Program-made: the position numbers and the translations under genes
In this document: piece by piece, positions 8,114 through 19,200 of the stretch
Position numbering within the stretch: the stretch's first letter is position 1
How the letters are laid out: the number at the start of each line of letters is the position of its first letter
Notes under the pieces: model-generated
The model's input: the letters and a program-made list of their open reading frames with translations, nothing else
The model's database searches: none
Told to the model about the DNA's origin: nothing
NCBI GenBank assembly: GCA_041665085.1
Contig: JBAYJO010000002.1
Location: 83,413 to 147,412, forward strand
DNA length: 64,000 bases
Direction: 5' to 3'
Origin: Patescibacteria group bacterium
GTDB taxonomy: Bacteria > Patescibacteriota > UBA1384 > JBAYJO01

Positions 8114-9623
8114 CCTCCTCTTTGGTAGTTAACCCGAGTTTGACCTTTTCCATACCATCTTCGGTCATGGTTTGCATACCATCAGCTTTTGCTTTTTCAA
8201 TGACATCAGCAAGTGGCGCTTTATTGTAAATTAATTTTTCTAAATCAGGAGTTGGCTTTAAAGTTTCTGAAATTACAATTCTGCCTTTGTAACCTGTAAA
8301 ATTACACGCGTCGCATCCTTTGCCGCCGCATTCTTGGTGGACTTTTCTTACAAGTCTTTGAGCAATAATAAGATTAATTGATCCTTGAAGTAAGAATGGT
8401 TCAAGCCCCATATCAACCAAACGAAGATAAGCAGCAGGAGCATTATTGGTGTGAAGAGTCGAGAGAACAAGATGACCGGTCATGGCCGAACGAATCGCAA
8501 TATCAGCAGTATCAAGATCTCGAATTTCACCAACCATAATAATATCCGGATCTTGTCTTAAAATAGATCGTAACCCTGAAGAAAATGTCATCCCTCCCTT
8601 AACTTCTTCTCCACTGACCTGAACCTGTTCTATTCCTGATAAACGATATTCAATTGGATTTTCAAGAGTAATAATTTTTACTCCTGGTTTGTTTAATAAA
8701 CTTAAAAGAGCATAAAGAGTGGTAGTTTTACCTGAACCTGTTGGACCGGTGTTCAGAATCATACCATTTGGCTTTTTGATGGCATCTAAAATATTTTTTT
8801 TAGACATTTCGGAAAAACCCAGATCATCCAAATTTAAAAAATTCCCATTTTGAGAAAGAAGTCTCATAACAATAGCTTCGCCATAATTAGTTGGAAGAGT
8901 CGATACTCTGACATCAACCTGCTCTCCACCAATGTTGTAGGAAAAGCGACCATCTTGCGGTTCTTTTTTTTGGTCCATCTTTAAACCTGATAGGAATTTA
9001 ATTCGGGAATTTAGTGCTTGATAAGCTGAATTGGGCAAATTAACAATATCCTGAAGTACTCCGTCAATTCTATATCTAATGCGGCAATCTGTTTCAGTTG
9101 GCTCGACATGAATATCTGATGCTTGAGTTTTTTTGGCTCCGGTAAACACAACATCAACTATTTGAGTAGTGGAGACATTTTTTATTTTCTCCCTTAAATC
9201 CATTAAATTTTGAATTTCTTGCTCAAAATTAGTAGTTGAGGAGCTGGTATTTAGAGCTAATTTTGCCTTTTCTTCATCAAGTGTAATCTTTTCGTACAAA
9301 GATAAAGCATAATTAAAACTAGTTTCTGAAACAGCGGATATGCTTGCTTCAATATTTTTTTCTTTAGCAATTTGCGAAAGATAATTAAAAAGTTCGGGAT
9401 TTTCAGGACGCGAGGTTGCAAATCTTACTCGCCTACCAAGCCTGATATAGGGAATAATAAAATTTAATTTTACTTGATCAAGCGGCAAAATTTTCATAAC
9501 ATCAGGAGCAATTGGGTAATTTACTAAATTGATATATGGAATATTAAAAATAGATGCAGACTCCCGCGCCTGTTGTTCCTCTTGGGTGCGTTTAATATTT
9601 TCTAGAGTTTTATCGATATCCAT
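8091..9623 (-). CDS. pilB: Type IV pilus / T2SS assembly ATPase (PilB/GspE)
   Basis: ASDIHVEP, RYRIDGVL, PQDGR, Walker A GPTGSGKT, LRQDPDIIMVGEIRD, TGHLVLSTLHTN. Confidence 0.9.
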   Translation of the reverse strand: MDIDKTLENIKRTQEEQQARESASIFNIPYINLVNYPIAPDVMKILPLDQVKLNFIIPYIRLGRRVRFATSRPENPELFNYLSQIAKEKNIEASISAVSETSFNYALSLYEKITLDEEKAKLALNTSSSTTNFEQEIQNLMDLREKIKNVSTTQIVDVVFTGAKKTQASDIHVEPTETDCRIRYRIDGVLQDIVNLPNSAYQALNSRIKFLSGLKMDQKKEPQDGRFSYNIGGEQVDVRVSTLPTNYGEAIVMRLLSQNGNFLNLDDLGFSEMSKKNILDAIKKPNGMILNTGPTGSGKTTTLYALLSLLNKPGVKIITLENPIEYRLSGIEQVQVSGEEVKGGMTFSSGLRSILRQDPDIIMVGEIRDLDTADIAIRSAMTGHLVLSTLHTNNAPAAYLRLVDMGLEPFLLQGSINLIIAQRLVRKVHQECGGKGCDACNFTGYKGRIVISETLKPTPDLEKLIYNKAPLADVIEKAKADGMQTMTEDGMEKVKLGLTTKEEVERVISE

Positions 9624-9827
9624 AATTATTTTAAATTAAAAAAGAGTTTCTAATTTAATTATAGCATAAAATTACAAGGAAGTGAGTCATTATAGCCCTT
9701 CGATAAACTCTCTTCAAGTCGAGCCTGAGGGCTCTTCCTTCAGAGTCGTTGACAGGGCATTCGACTTCTAGCTTCATGGTCGGAGACCATGAGCGCTCCG
9801 TCCACTTTGAGTGGACAGGAAGTCGTA

Positions 9828-9916
9828 TGGCGGAGAGGGTGGGATTCGGACCCACGATCCCTTGCGGGATACCGGTTTTCGAGACCAGCGCACTAGACCA
9901 ACTATGCGACCTCTCC
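9828..9916 (-). tRNA. tRNA-Ser(CGA) with encoded CCA
   Basis: GGAGAGG...CCTCTCCGCCA acceptor stem, anticodon loop CTCGAAA, long variable arm ATCCCGCAAGGGAT. Confidence 0.93.
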
Positions 9917-9963
9917 CTGTTGGATAGCTTGATTATAAAATATAGACTAGAGATAAACAATAA

Positions 9964-10416
9964 TTAACTTTGAACCTTAATAATAATTTTGCGATCTTGA
10001 CCCTCGCCGGTCGATTCACTTGTAATACCATCAATTGGCTGGCAAAGAGTGTGAACTATTTTTCTTTCCGAGGGATTTAAAGATTCAAATTCAACATTTT
10101 TTTGATCTTTTTTAATTTGAGTTACTGCTTTTTTAACCATATCTTCAAGCATACTTTTTCGTTTGTTTTTATAATCTGCAACATCAAGATTGATATAAAC
10201 AAAGTCCTCTTGGTTTTTATTGGCAAGTAGACGAACAACATGCTCTAAAGCATATAGATTTTGACCATTATAGCCGATCATTAAAGATGGGTCACTGCTT
10301 ATGATATTTATTTTAACTCCATCTCCTTCTTCAAGCACCATTACTTCAGCATTGTATTTAAGAAGATCTATAATATCTTTGGTAATTTGTTTGATGTCTT
10401 TAATTTTATTTTGCAT
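9964..10416 (-). CDS. jag: Jag/KhpB (EloR) KH-R3H RNA-binding protein
   Basis: LMIGYNGQNLYALEH (KH) and PSERKIVH (R3H); follows yidC; start moved to MQNK at 10416. Confidence 0.85.
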   Translation of the reverse strand: MQNKIKDIKQITKDIIDLLKYNAEVMVLEEGDGVKINIISSDPSLMIGYNGQNLYALEHVVRLLANKNQEDFVYINLDVADYKNKRKSMLEDMVKKAVTQIKKDQKNVEFESLNPSERKIVHTLCQPIDGITSESTGEGQDRKIIIKVQS

Positions 10417-10423
10417 TTTTCCT

Positions 10424-11167
10424 TTAATTATTTTTTTGTCTGATTTTAACAGAAACACTCGATTTATCAGAACCATTATTATTCATGATTAATTTTTGCT
10501 GAACAATGGTGAATATTGTGGTAATAACCCAGTAAAGGGCGAGGGACGAAGGAAGCCTTAAGGCAATAATTATAGTCATAAGCGGCATAATATACATAGT
10601 TTGATTCTGCATTACATCTTGGAAATCCGATTGTTTTGTTTTGTGTTTTGGAGGCATAATCTGTCTGGCTTGGATAAACTGCAAAAGTCCGGCAATAACC
10701 GGTAAAATATAAAATTTATCAGGTAGACTTAAATCGAGCCACAAAAATCCGGTTGTAAAAGTGGAAAGATGAGGGGTAAAAGAGTAAAGCAGCTCGTCGT
10801 ATCTTGCTGTTGTAAGACCGGTTCTGAAAACATAATATAAAACAAAAAAAACAGGAATTTGAATCAAAAGAGGAAGACAACCGCTTAATGGATTAATTTT
10901 ATTGATCTTATAAAACTCCATGATTTGCTTGGATTGTTCTTGTTTGTCAGGATATTTTTTCTTAATTGCCTCAAGTTCCGGGTTTAAATCTCTAATTCTT
11001 TTTTGAGCCTGAATCGCGTGTTTTGAAGAAGGAATTAGGGCCAATCTGATCAACATGGTAAGAATAATAATTGCCACTCCGATGCTGTGACCGGGAATTA
11101 TAAATATTAAAAAAGCCAAGATATTAAACAATGGCTGATATAAAATTACTTTGAGAAAATTTTTCAT
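10424..11167 (-). CDS. yidC: Membrane protein insertase YidC/Oxa1
   Basis: AIIILTMLIR, NPLSGCLPLLIQIP, FLWLDL, LALYW; synteny. Confidence 0.92.
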   Translation of the reverse strand: MKNFLKVILYQPLFNILAFLIFIIPGHSIGVAIIILTMLIRLALIPSSKHAIQAQKRIRDLNPELEAIKKKYPDKQEQSKQIMEFYKINKINPLSGCLPLLIQIPVFFVLYYVFRTGLTTARYDELLYSFTPHLSTFTTGFLWLDLSLPDKFYILPVIAGLLQFIQARQIMPPKHKTKQSDFQDVMQNQTMYIMPLMTIIIALRLPSSLALYWVITTIFTIVQQKLIMNNNGSDKSSVSVKIRQKNN

Positions 11168-11171
11168 ATAA

Positions 11172-11408
11172 TTATTTTAAAGGGTCGTTTCCACCACTTT
11201 GGAAAGGATTGCAACGACTGATTCTCTTGACTCCTAAATATGATCCCTTAATTACTCCGTATTTATTAATTGCTTGGTAAGTATATTCTGAACAGGTCGG
11301 GTGGAAACGGCATACTCCATGTTTGTAAAGATGTCTTAATGGGCCGTGATCCAACGATAAGGTGTGTTGATATAAACGAATTAGAAATAAAGCGATTTTT
11401 TTAAACAT
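11172..11408 (-). CDS. yidD: Membrane protein insertion efficiency factor
   Basis: [10 protein letters not shown] and [13 protein letters not shown]. Confidence 0.93.
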   Translation of the reverse strand: MFKKIALFLIRLYQHTLSLDHGPLRHLYKHGVCRFHPTCSEYTYQAINKYGVIKGSYLGVKRISRCNPFQSGGNDPLK

Positions 11409-11751
11409 TCTTCTTTAATATTTTGGCATGAATCATTAATTCTTCCAAATCTTGGTGAATTTCTGAAAATGGTATCTCTTTTTTAAAATGCTTCAAACTG
11501 ATTACAATATTTACCTTCCCAATCATTCTATCATAAAGAGACGAGATAATACTCTTTATTCTTCTTTTGGCGAGATTTCTAACTGTCGCGCGATTTGAGA
11601 TCTTCTTGCTTACAATAATAGCAAATCGAGAGATATCATTGACATTGGGAGCAATGCGCAAAATCATAAATCTGCCTCGGTAAACTCGGCCATTTTTAAA
11701 GATATAATCAAAATCTTTTTGTTTGGAAATGCGAGTTTTTTTTGCCAACAT
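11401..11751 (-). CDS. rnpA: Ribonuclease P protein component
   Basis: [20 protein letters not shown]; synteny. Confidence 0.92.
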   Translation of the reverse strand: MLAKKTRISKQKDFDYIFKNGRVYRGRFMILRIAPNVNDISRFAIIVSKKISNRATVRNLAKRRIKSIISSLYDRMIGKVNIVISLKHFKKEIPFSEIHQDLEELMIHAKILKKNV

Positions 11752-11755
11752 AAAG

Positions 11756-11890
11756 TTACACCGTTAATTTATGGCGACCTTTTAACCTTCTAAGTTTAAC
11801 AACTCTACGACCGCCTTCTGAAGACATTCTGGCAAAAAAACCATGAATCTTCACTCGATGATTCTTTTTTGGCTGATAAGTTCTTTTCAT
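11756..11890 (-). CDS. rpmH: 50S ribosomal protein L34 (not in ORF track)
   Basis: Manual translation [44 protein letters not shown]. Confidence 0.95.
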   Translation of the reverse strand: MKRTYQPKKNHRVKIHGFFARMSSEGGRRVVKLRRLKGRHKLTV

Positions 11891-11993
11891 TTCAAACTTT
11901 CATTTAGTTAATACATACTATAATGTTGATACAGAATAATTATACCCCTAAAAATACCGTTTGGTCAACCCTATTGTGCATTTTCTTGCTTGC

Positions 11994-12002
11994 TGTGGAT
12001 AA
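11994..12002. promoter_or_regulatory. DnaA box upstream of dnaA
   Basis: TGTGGATAA consensus. Confidence 0.75.
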
Positions 12003-12056
12003 CTTTGTTATATTTAACTCGGACCTGATTAATACTTAGATTAAGGTAGGAGGAAG

Positions 12057-13421
12057 ATGGATTTGGAAAAAATTTGGAATACAGCACTGGGAGAACTTGA
12101 AGTTGTCCTGTCAAAGGCAAACTATATCACTTGGTTTAAAGACACTTTTATTGTCTCAAGTGAAGACGGAAAAATAGTGATTGGAGTTCCTAATGGATTT
12201 GCCGAAGAATGGCTAAGTAAAAAATTCCACCCTCAAATTTTTGATACTTTAAAAAAAACTATTTCCGATTTGAAAGAAATAGAATATAAAATTATCCCTA
12301 ATAAAAATCAATTCGAAGCCAAAACATCTGTTAGTATTGATCGAGATGAAATTGAAAATAAACGAACAAGCGTTTCAAATACTAAATCAACTGACAATAA
12401 TCTAAATCCAAAATATGTTTTTGAAAATTTTATCGTAAGCAACACCAACCGCCTTGCTCAAGCCAGTTCAATTGCAGTGGCCAATAACCCCGGCATGGTT
12501 TACAATCCACTCTTTATTTACGGAGGGGTAGGACTAGGGAAAACCCATCTTTTGCATGGGATCGGACACGAAATATTAAGAAAGTGGCCGGAAAAGAAAG
12601 TTGTTTATCTTTCCTGTGAAAAATTTACAAATGAATTTATCCACTCGATTTCCACAGGTAAAATTAATGAGTTTAAAAAGACTTATCGAAATGTTGATGT
12701 CCTGCTTGTTGATGATATTCAATTCCTTTCTAATAAAGAAGGTTTTCAAGAAGAATTTTTTCATACATTTAATTCCCTGCACCAGACTAATCGCCAGATA
12801 GTAATGACTGCTGATAGAATGCCAAAAGCCATTCCTGCTCTTGAGGAAAGATTATCTTCAAGATTTGGTTGGGGTTTAATTGCCGATATCCAATCTCCTA
12901 ATTTTGAAACTCGAATGGCCATCCTGCAAGCTAAGTGTAAAGAAAAAGGACACATTCTTGATGAAGAAGTTTTGAAATATATTGCACAAAATGTAAACTC
13001 AAATATCAGAGAACTTGAGGGTTGTTTGAACCGATTGATTACTTCTTCTGAACTGACTAATGTGGAAATTAATCTAAAAAACGCTGAAAGTATTTTAGCG
13101 GATTTTGTAAACAGCCCTTTAAATGCCAATATTTCAATTAATAAGGTATTTAAAATTATCAGTGATTATTATGAAATAAAAATCGAAGAAATTATGAGCG
13201 AAAAGAGAAATAAAGAATTAGTCAGGCCAAGACAAGTAATTATGTATATATTAAGAAATGAATTAAACTTATCTTATCCAAAAATTGCAAAAGAGTTGAA
13301 CGGTAAAGATCACACAACCATTATGTATGGAGTTTCAAAAATTAAAAAAGAATTAGCAAGAGACGAAACTTTGAAAAAAGACTTAGTTAATATAAAAGAA
13401 AAGCTTTACTCTATTGCCTAG
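12057..13421 (+). CDS. dnaA: Chromosomal replication initiator
   Basis: YNPLFIYGGVGLGKTHL, LLVDDIQF, QEEFFHTFN, NIRELEG, KDHTT. Confidence 0.98.
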   Translation: MDLEKIWNTALGELEVVLSKANYITWFKDTFIVSSEDGKIVIGVPNGFAEEWLSKKFHPQIFDTLKKTISDLKEIEYKIIPNKNQFEAKTSVSIDRDEIENKRTSVSNTKSTDNNLNPKYVFENFIVSNTNRLAQASSIAVANNPGMVYNPLFIYGGVGLGKTHLLHGIGHEILRKWPEKKVVYLSCEKFTNEFIHSISTGKINEFKKTYRNVDVLLVDDIQFLSNKEGFQEEFFHTFNSLHQTNRQIVMTADRMPKAIPALEERLSSRFGWGLIADIQSPNFETRMAILQAKCKEKGHILDEEVLKYIAQNVNSNIRELEGCLNRLITSSELTNVEINLKNAESILADFVNSPLNANISINKVFKIISDYYEIKIEEIMSEKRNKELVRPRQVIMYILRNELNLSYPKIAKELNGKDHTTIMYGVSKIKKELARDETLKKDLVNIKEKLYSIA

Positions 13422-13664
13422 TTGTGGATAAAATGTGGATAAAATAAGCTTTATAAACATCATTGACAATTAAAACATACACCGCTTAATAATTATCCCA
13501 TACTAATCCACAGAAAAAGTTGATTTATACCTGTTATTATCCCCCATTAATCCACCACCCAATGAGGTTAAATCCACAATATTCACACCCCTTATTATTA
13601 CAGTTATTATTTATATATATGTATATATTATTAAAACAAATGTGGAAAACAATTAAAGAAAAGG
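13422..13664. other. Replication origin oriC
   Basis: Perfect DnaA boxes at 13423-13431 and 13434-13442, further degenerate boxes (TAATCCACA, AAATCCACA, TATTCACAC), then CCCC-TTATTATTA (DnaA-trio-like) and an AT run, between dnaA and dnaN. Confidence 0.85.
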
Positions 13665-14777
13665 ATGGTAAGAATGAATTTTTCTTGTAAGCAACAAAAT
13701 ATATCTAAAGCATTAAATATTGTATCTAGATTTTCAGGAACAAAAACAACAACACTTCCAATACTTAATAATATTTTAATATCTACTGATAAAGGAAGAT
13801 TAAAGTTTTCAGCAACAAATTTAGAAATTGGGATTAACACTTGGATAGGGGCAAAAGTTGAAGAAGAAGGATCTTATACAATTCCTTCAAAATTATTTAT
13901 TGATTTTATAAATACTAATAATGATGAAACAATTAATTTTAAATTAAAAGATGATTCATTAATTTTAAAAAGTGATAAATATAACGGTAAAATTAAAGGA
14001 ATTGTTGCATCTGAATTTCCATTAATTCCTTCGATTAAAAATAAAGAAGTTTTTTATATTTCTGCTGAAGAATTTAAAACAGCTATAATTGAAACTGCTT
14101 TTGCTTGTGCAATTGATGAAACAAGACCGATTTTAGCCGGTGTTTATATGAAAGTTGAAAAAGATATGGCAACCTTTGTTTCAACTGATAGTTATAGATT
14201 GGCTGAAAAACAGGTTAAATTAAATAAATCAATTGAAGGTGAAATTAATATTATCATCCCCTCTCGAGTGTTAAGTGAACTTGCTCGAATTATTACAAAT
14301 GAAAAAGAAATTGGAATATTATGCGATGATAACCAAATTCAATTCAATTTTGGTGAAATTGAAGTTATTTCAAGATTGATTGAAGGAAAATTTCCTGATT
14401 ATAAACAATTGATTGCAAATAATTTTTCAACAGAAGTTGTGATTAAAAATAATGATTTAAAAAATGCTATTAAAATGGCATCGTATTTTGTTAGAGATGG
14501 AGCTAATAATATCAGAGTAAAAGTTGACGCTAAAGGAATGATAATTTCATCTTATTCTGCCGAAGTTGGTGATAGTGAAAGTAAATTGAATTGTGAAGTT
14601 AAAGGCGTAGGAATAGAAATTACATTTAATGCTAAATATATTCTTGATGCTCTAAATGTAATTGGATCAGATATGATCGAGTTTAAATTTAATGATAAAT
14701 TAAACCCCGGTTTTATTTCAACATCAGAAGATAAAAATTATAAATATATAATAATGCCCTTAAGGATTGAAGAGTGA
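13665..14777 (+). CDS. dnaN: DNA polymerase III beta clamp
   Basis: LPILNNIL, ATNLE, STDSYRLA, SRLIEGKFPDY, IIMPLR. Confidence 0.96.
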   Translation: MVRMNFSCKQQNISKALNIVSRFSGTKTTTLPILNNILISTDKGRLKFSATNLEIGINTWIGAKVEEEGSYTIPSKLFIDFINTNNDETINFKLKDDSLILKSDKYNGKIKGIVASEFPLIPSIKNKEVFYISAEEFKTAIIETAFACAIDETRPILAGVYMKVEKDMATFVSTDSYRLAEKQVKLNKSIEGEINIIIPSRVLSELARIITNEKEIGILCDDNQIQFNFGEIEVISRLIEGKFPDYKQLIANNFSTEVVIKNNDLKNAIKMASYFVRDGANNIRVKVDAKGMIISSYSAEVGDSESKLNCEVKGVGIEITFNAKYILDALNVIGSDMIEFKFNDKLNPGFISTSEDKNYKYIIMPLRIEE

Positions 14778-15826
14778 TATTAAAACTAAAGTTATTTAAC
14801 TTTAGAAATTACAGGGAAGTAGAATATAAATTTGGAAAACAAACTGTTATCTGTGGTAAAAATGGAGCTGGTAAAACTAATCTTCTGGAAGCAATTGGCA
14901 TATGTTCTACTACCAAATCATTTAGAGGATCAGGTGATAATGATTTAGTTAATTGGGACGAGAATTATTATAGGCTTGAAGCAACAATTAAAAACAAAAA
15001 TAAAGGAACAGATTTTCTTGAGTTGATTTTTCAGAAAGAAGCTCAAGGACCTAAAAAAATTGCCAAGATTAATAAAGTAAAGACAGGTTTGTCTAATTTT
15101 ATTGGAAAATTAAAAGTTGTTGAATACTCTTTTGAAAGCAATGATCTGATTCTGGATGGTCCGGCCAAGAGAAGAAGATTTTTAGATAGTTCGCTTTGTC
15201 AGCTTTTTCCGGAATATACTTTAAATCTGATAAAGTTTATGCGAATAATTAAAAATAGAAATCATTTGTTATACAAAATCAGAGAACGGATGGCAGGTGT
15301 TGATGAGCTTGATTTTTGGGATGAGGGGCTTATTTCATTAGGACTTGAAATTGTTAAATATCGTAAAGAATTTATTGTTTTTATTAATAAAAATATAAAT
15401 AGTTTCTACTCTTATTTATCGGATGATGATAAAAAAATTGAATTAAAATATCATTTAAGTGGGTTTGATAGTTTAAATGATTTAAGAAGTAAAAGAGAGC
15501 AAGAAATTAGAGCGGGATTAAGTTTGTATGGACCGCATCGAGATGATTTGTTATTTTTTTCAGATCATCATAAAGTGGAAGATTCTCTTTCAAGAGGAGA
15601 GATAAAATCACTTCTTTTTGTCTTAAAAAAATGTGAGGCTGAATATATTTTTGATAAGTCGAGTGAACGGCCGGTGATACTTTTTGATGATATTTTAGCT
15701 GAGCTTGATGAGAATAGGAGAAAAAAATTGGAACAGTTTATTGAAGATAATCAGATAATTATTTCTTCAACTGAAAAGACAGAGTTAGAGGGTTTGTTTG
15801 GAAATAGTGAGTTTATTAATTTATGA
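14774..15826 (+). CDS. recF: DNA replication and repair protein RecF
   Basis: NFRNY, GKNGAGKTNLLEAI, RRRFLD, GPHRDD, SRGE, DDILAELD. Confidence 0.95.
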   Translation: MILKLKLFNFRNYREVEYKFGKQTVICGKNGAGKTNLLEAIGICSTTKSFRGSGDNDLVNWDENYYRLEATIKNKNKGTDFLELIFQKEAQGPKKIAKINKVKTGLSNFIGKLKVVEYSFESNDLILDGPAKRRRFLDSSLCQLFPEYTLNLIKFMRIIKNRNHLLYKIRERMAGVDELDFWDEGLISLGLEIVKYRKEFIVFINKNINSFYSYLSDDDKKIELKYHLSGFDSLNDLRSKREQEIRAGLSLYGPHRDDLLFFSDHHKVEDSLSRGEIKSLLFVLKKCEAEYIFDKSSERPVILFDDILAELDENRRKKLEQFIEDNQIIISSTEKTELEGLFGNSEFINL

Positions 15827-15830
15827 AAAC

Positions 15831-15897
15831 TGCGAAGCATTGTCAAAATTACTTAGCACCGGCGGACCTTTATGCGTAATTTTAACAATGCTTCGCA
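15831..15897. repeat. 22-bp inverted repeat (long hairpin / MITE-like)
   Basis: TGCGAAGCATTGTCAAAATTAC ... GTAATTTTAACAATGCTTCGCA. Confidence 0.75.
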
Positions 15898-15945
15898 TTA
15901 ACGAATTTATAAAGTTCATAAGATTTATTTTAATTGGAAGGTGTG

Positions 15946-16221
15946 ATGGAAAAGATTGATAAGATTATAAATAAAAGATTAAAACAAGGTGATTTTAAAA
16001 AACCAATGAAGGCGGCAATGGTATGTATGATAGTGCAAAAAATCATACCAGAGTGCCGTGTGGTGTCGTTTGATGGGGGTTTACTTAGACTTTGGGCGCT
16101 TGATTATCCTACTGCAAACACAATTATTATGAATCAAATAAATCTTATAAAAGAAATCAATAAAGAACTCAAATTTGAAAGAGTAAAAGGAATTAGAGTA
16201 AGAGTTAAGAACTATTCTTAA
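15946..16221 (+). CDS. Probable DciA/DUF721-family helicase-loader protein
   Basis: Small basic protein after recF; SFDGGLLRL...LIKEINKEL..RVKGIRVR pattern. Confidence 0.6.
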   Translation: MEKIDKIINKRLKQGDFKKPMKAAMVCMIVQKIIPECRVVSFDGGLLRLWALDYPTANTIIMNQINLIKEINKELKFERVKGIRVRVKNYS

Positions 16222-19200
16222 TAACCAACATGGACATGATCAACTAAAAGATCATTTGCCCATACGCCGCTATATCCTCTTTCAGAGATTGAACCATAAA
16301 GATCTGTGATTCTTTCCGCTTCTTCTTCAACAGAAGTAAAATTATACATAATTACTTGAGTTGGCCTTAGATACTCGTCGCCGGTAATATCCTGAATACC
16401 TAAAGCATCTTGCATTATTTGTTTTGATTTATAGGTTGCAGCTGCTTTTAATCCGTCTTGATAAGATACATCATTGGTTGGATCAAAGTCAGGCAAAGTG
16501 CAGCTTTCGTCAGCATTATCGAGCATCGGTTTTTTACCGATTTTATTACTATTAAATTTCTTTCGGAAAAAATTAGCTGCGTCTTTGGTAATGCCTGCCG
16601 CGATAGTATAGTCCTTACCCATATTTGGATAATAGCCGCAAGCTGAACACCTGTAGTCGACACTTTTTATTCTCATGCCGAATAAATTAATAACCAGTAC
16701 TATGGCAAGTCCTATTAATGGGTTTGTTCCAAATGCCCACCCAATTAATGATCCGGCAATACCTGAAGTTGAGCCTGGCATCAATCCCCATTTTTCATCT
16801 AGCTCGGCAAATTGTTTTTTGAAAATTGTTTGAACAACAAAAGACACTACAGCTCCTTCTACTTGTTTCATGTCTGATGAGGCATCGGCTTGAGCTTTTG
16901 TGTCATTGGCTGCTTTTGCGGCGATATAGGCTTTATGAGCTGCGTCGTATGCCTTGTACATCGTGTAAACTTGATAAGCTGTGCCTATATCCAGCTTCAA
17001 CCATTCGTCAACTTTGCTCATAAGCGAACTCCAAACATAATCTTTCATTACATCTTGGAATGATTGGCCGATATCGGTTCCATTTACATCACGAGTGTCT
17101 GTATTCCAGTGATTTTGACTAGCTGCAAAAAGAGATAGAGTAAATCCTGGTGGAGGAAAACCTTTGTTTCCAAAAACTTCAACATTTAGATAATTATCAA
17201 TAGTATCGCAAATTGCTGAATTTTTTATTGCATTAAAATCTCTTTTGTCAGGCGATGTTGAAAAATAATTAATCAATGTAGGAAGCGTGCCGCCGGTTGC
17301 AAGAGCTTGAATTAGTTTGTTGTCCGGGTTATTTTCTTTAAGCGTTAATTCAATAACTCCTCCCATTGCCATCATTCGATCAACAGTGTTTCCTTCAATC
17401 ATTGATCTTGTAAAACCATGAGGGATGTTTGGATTATTTTTCCATAACATACTGTCTGATAATTTATAAAATGGTTCGGTTTTCCAGTATTTTTTTTGTT
17501 TTAAGACTGCTTCGTCTCCTATTTCTGTTGCATATTCAAGTTGGTTTGTTGCGTATGTTGCTCTGTCTGCAGTGATGGCATCAACATCGCTTGCCGGAAT
17601 ACCTCCAAGTAAGGCTTGTTGTCTTAAATTTTCTTCTGCAATTACACTGCTATTAATATCTAATGTGTCAGGTGGTAATGTTTGATAATAAGATATATCG
17701 GAATTTAAATCAGCCCCGTCACCCTTTAATGCTGAAAGTGTGAGAGTAGCATCGTTTGGCGGAGGAAAATAAGCTTGTCCATCACCCGTGCCAACACTTT
17801 GACTATAACCATAGATTTTGCTGGCAGTTGCTTCAGGATCGTTGATAATTATTCTGTCACTTAAAGAACTAGTGGTTCCAGGTGGTAGTATTGTAGTTGG
17901 CGGATATAGCTTTTCGTATTCTTTAGCTCCAAGCGCTTGGGCTCTTTTTCTTATTTCGCTTTCAGTTTCAGCGTTTCCTTCTATTGCATATTTAAAATCA
18001 TTGTAAGTAAATTTGTAATCGTCAGGCAAATTAGGAATACCGGCAGACAGTTGGTTCCCGGCATATTCAGCAAATTTTACATAAGCAAATATTTTATAAT
18101 CTCCTCTGATTAATCTGTGAGCGTCTTCTTGAGGAATCAGTATTCCACTTGATGATCCGATTTTTTCAATTACTTTTAATTCAACGCCGCTTTCAATTAT
18201 TCCCATGGCCGCTCTACCGGTAGCAGTCGTTGCTTGCTTACGGCATGACGAAGGATCTACCGGATTTTCACATGTTATATCATATTGTGTTTGATAAGCA
18301 TTAAATAATTTTTGCGTAAATCCGTTGAATCCATATTTACTTAAATCAGAACAAGAATCATCCTTTTCGCAGTCCGGTCCCAGCCCAAGCAAAGAGTCGA
18401 TTTTTATAAAACCTTGATTTAACATTATATTTTTTGCTTCGGCCGGATTTAAAATTATGCTTTTGATTGTTCCTGGTGTAAAACTGGCGGTTTGGTCTAA
18501 ATCTATTGAAAAAGCAGCACTGAAATTATCATATAATTGAGCTGTTCCGATTCTTTGTTTTGCCGGATCACTGCTTGTTAAGTTATTGTAGGTTGCAACA
18601 AGACCATGGTCCGGGTCAGCTAGGGAAATATTATATTTATTCTCGAGGTTTAAAAGTTGATCTAATTTGGTTGCCGCAAGATTTGTAAATACTTGTTTTG
18701 AAGTTTTACTTCGATATTCTTTAGGAGTAATTTCTCCTTTTAACATTTTTGCGGTTGTTCCGGTAACAAGAGAAAGATTGCGATCTATTTCTGCAAGTCG
18801 GTACTGAAAATTTCTTGCTTCATTCATCAGTTTTTCTGAATAATGTTGAGCTCTCAATTTATCAAGCGGTAAATATAAATAATTATCTGTATAATATGTG
18901 TCCGGATCTGTTATTTTTGTCATCGGTGCAATAGCTTCTTTAACCCAAGTGACAATTTGCGTTTTATCATTTATAGCTTGTTGAAATTTTTTGTAAGTCG
19001 GACTGTTTAGATTCTGATCAACAATATCTATTCTTAGTTGATCCCAATCAATGTCGATTTTATTTTTTAAAATATTTGGTAAACCAAAACCGGTAATAAA
19101 AGCATAAGTATTTTTTGAAATTGTTTCATCTAAATTATCGGAAAATGAGTCAGAGATTAACCCGATCGTGCCTTCAAGGTGAGCATTTCCAACGCTATTT

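Noticed and set aside
9690-9830. Integrated element at tRNA-Ser 3' end
   Set aside because: No duplicated tRNA 3' end and no integrase seen; only small palindromes
9655-9967. ORFs 9655-9960 and 9749-9967
   Set aside because: Overlap tRNA-Ser; shadow ORFs
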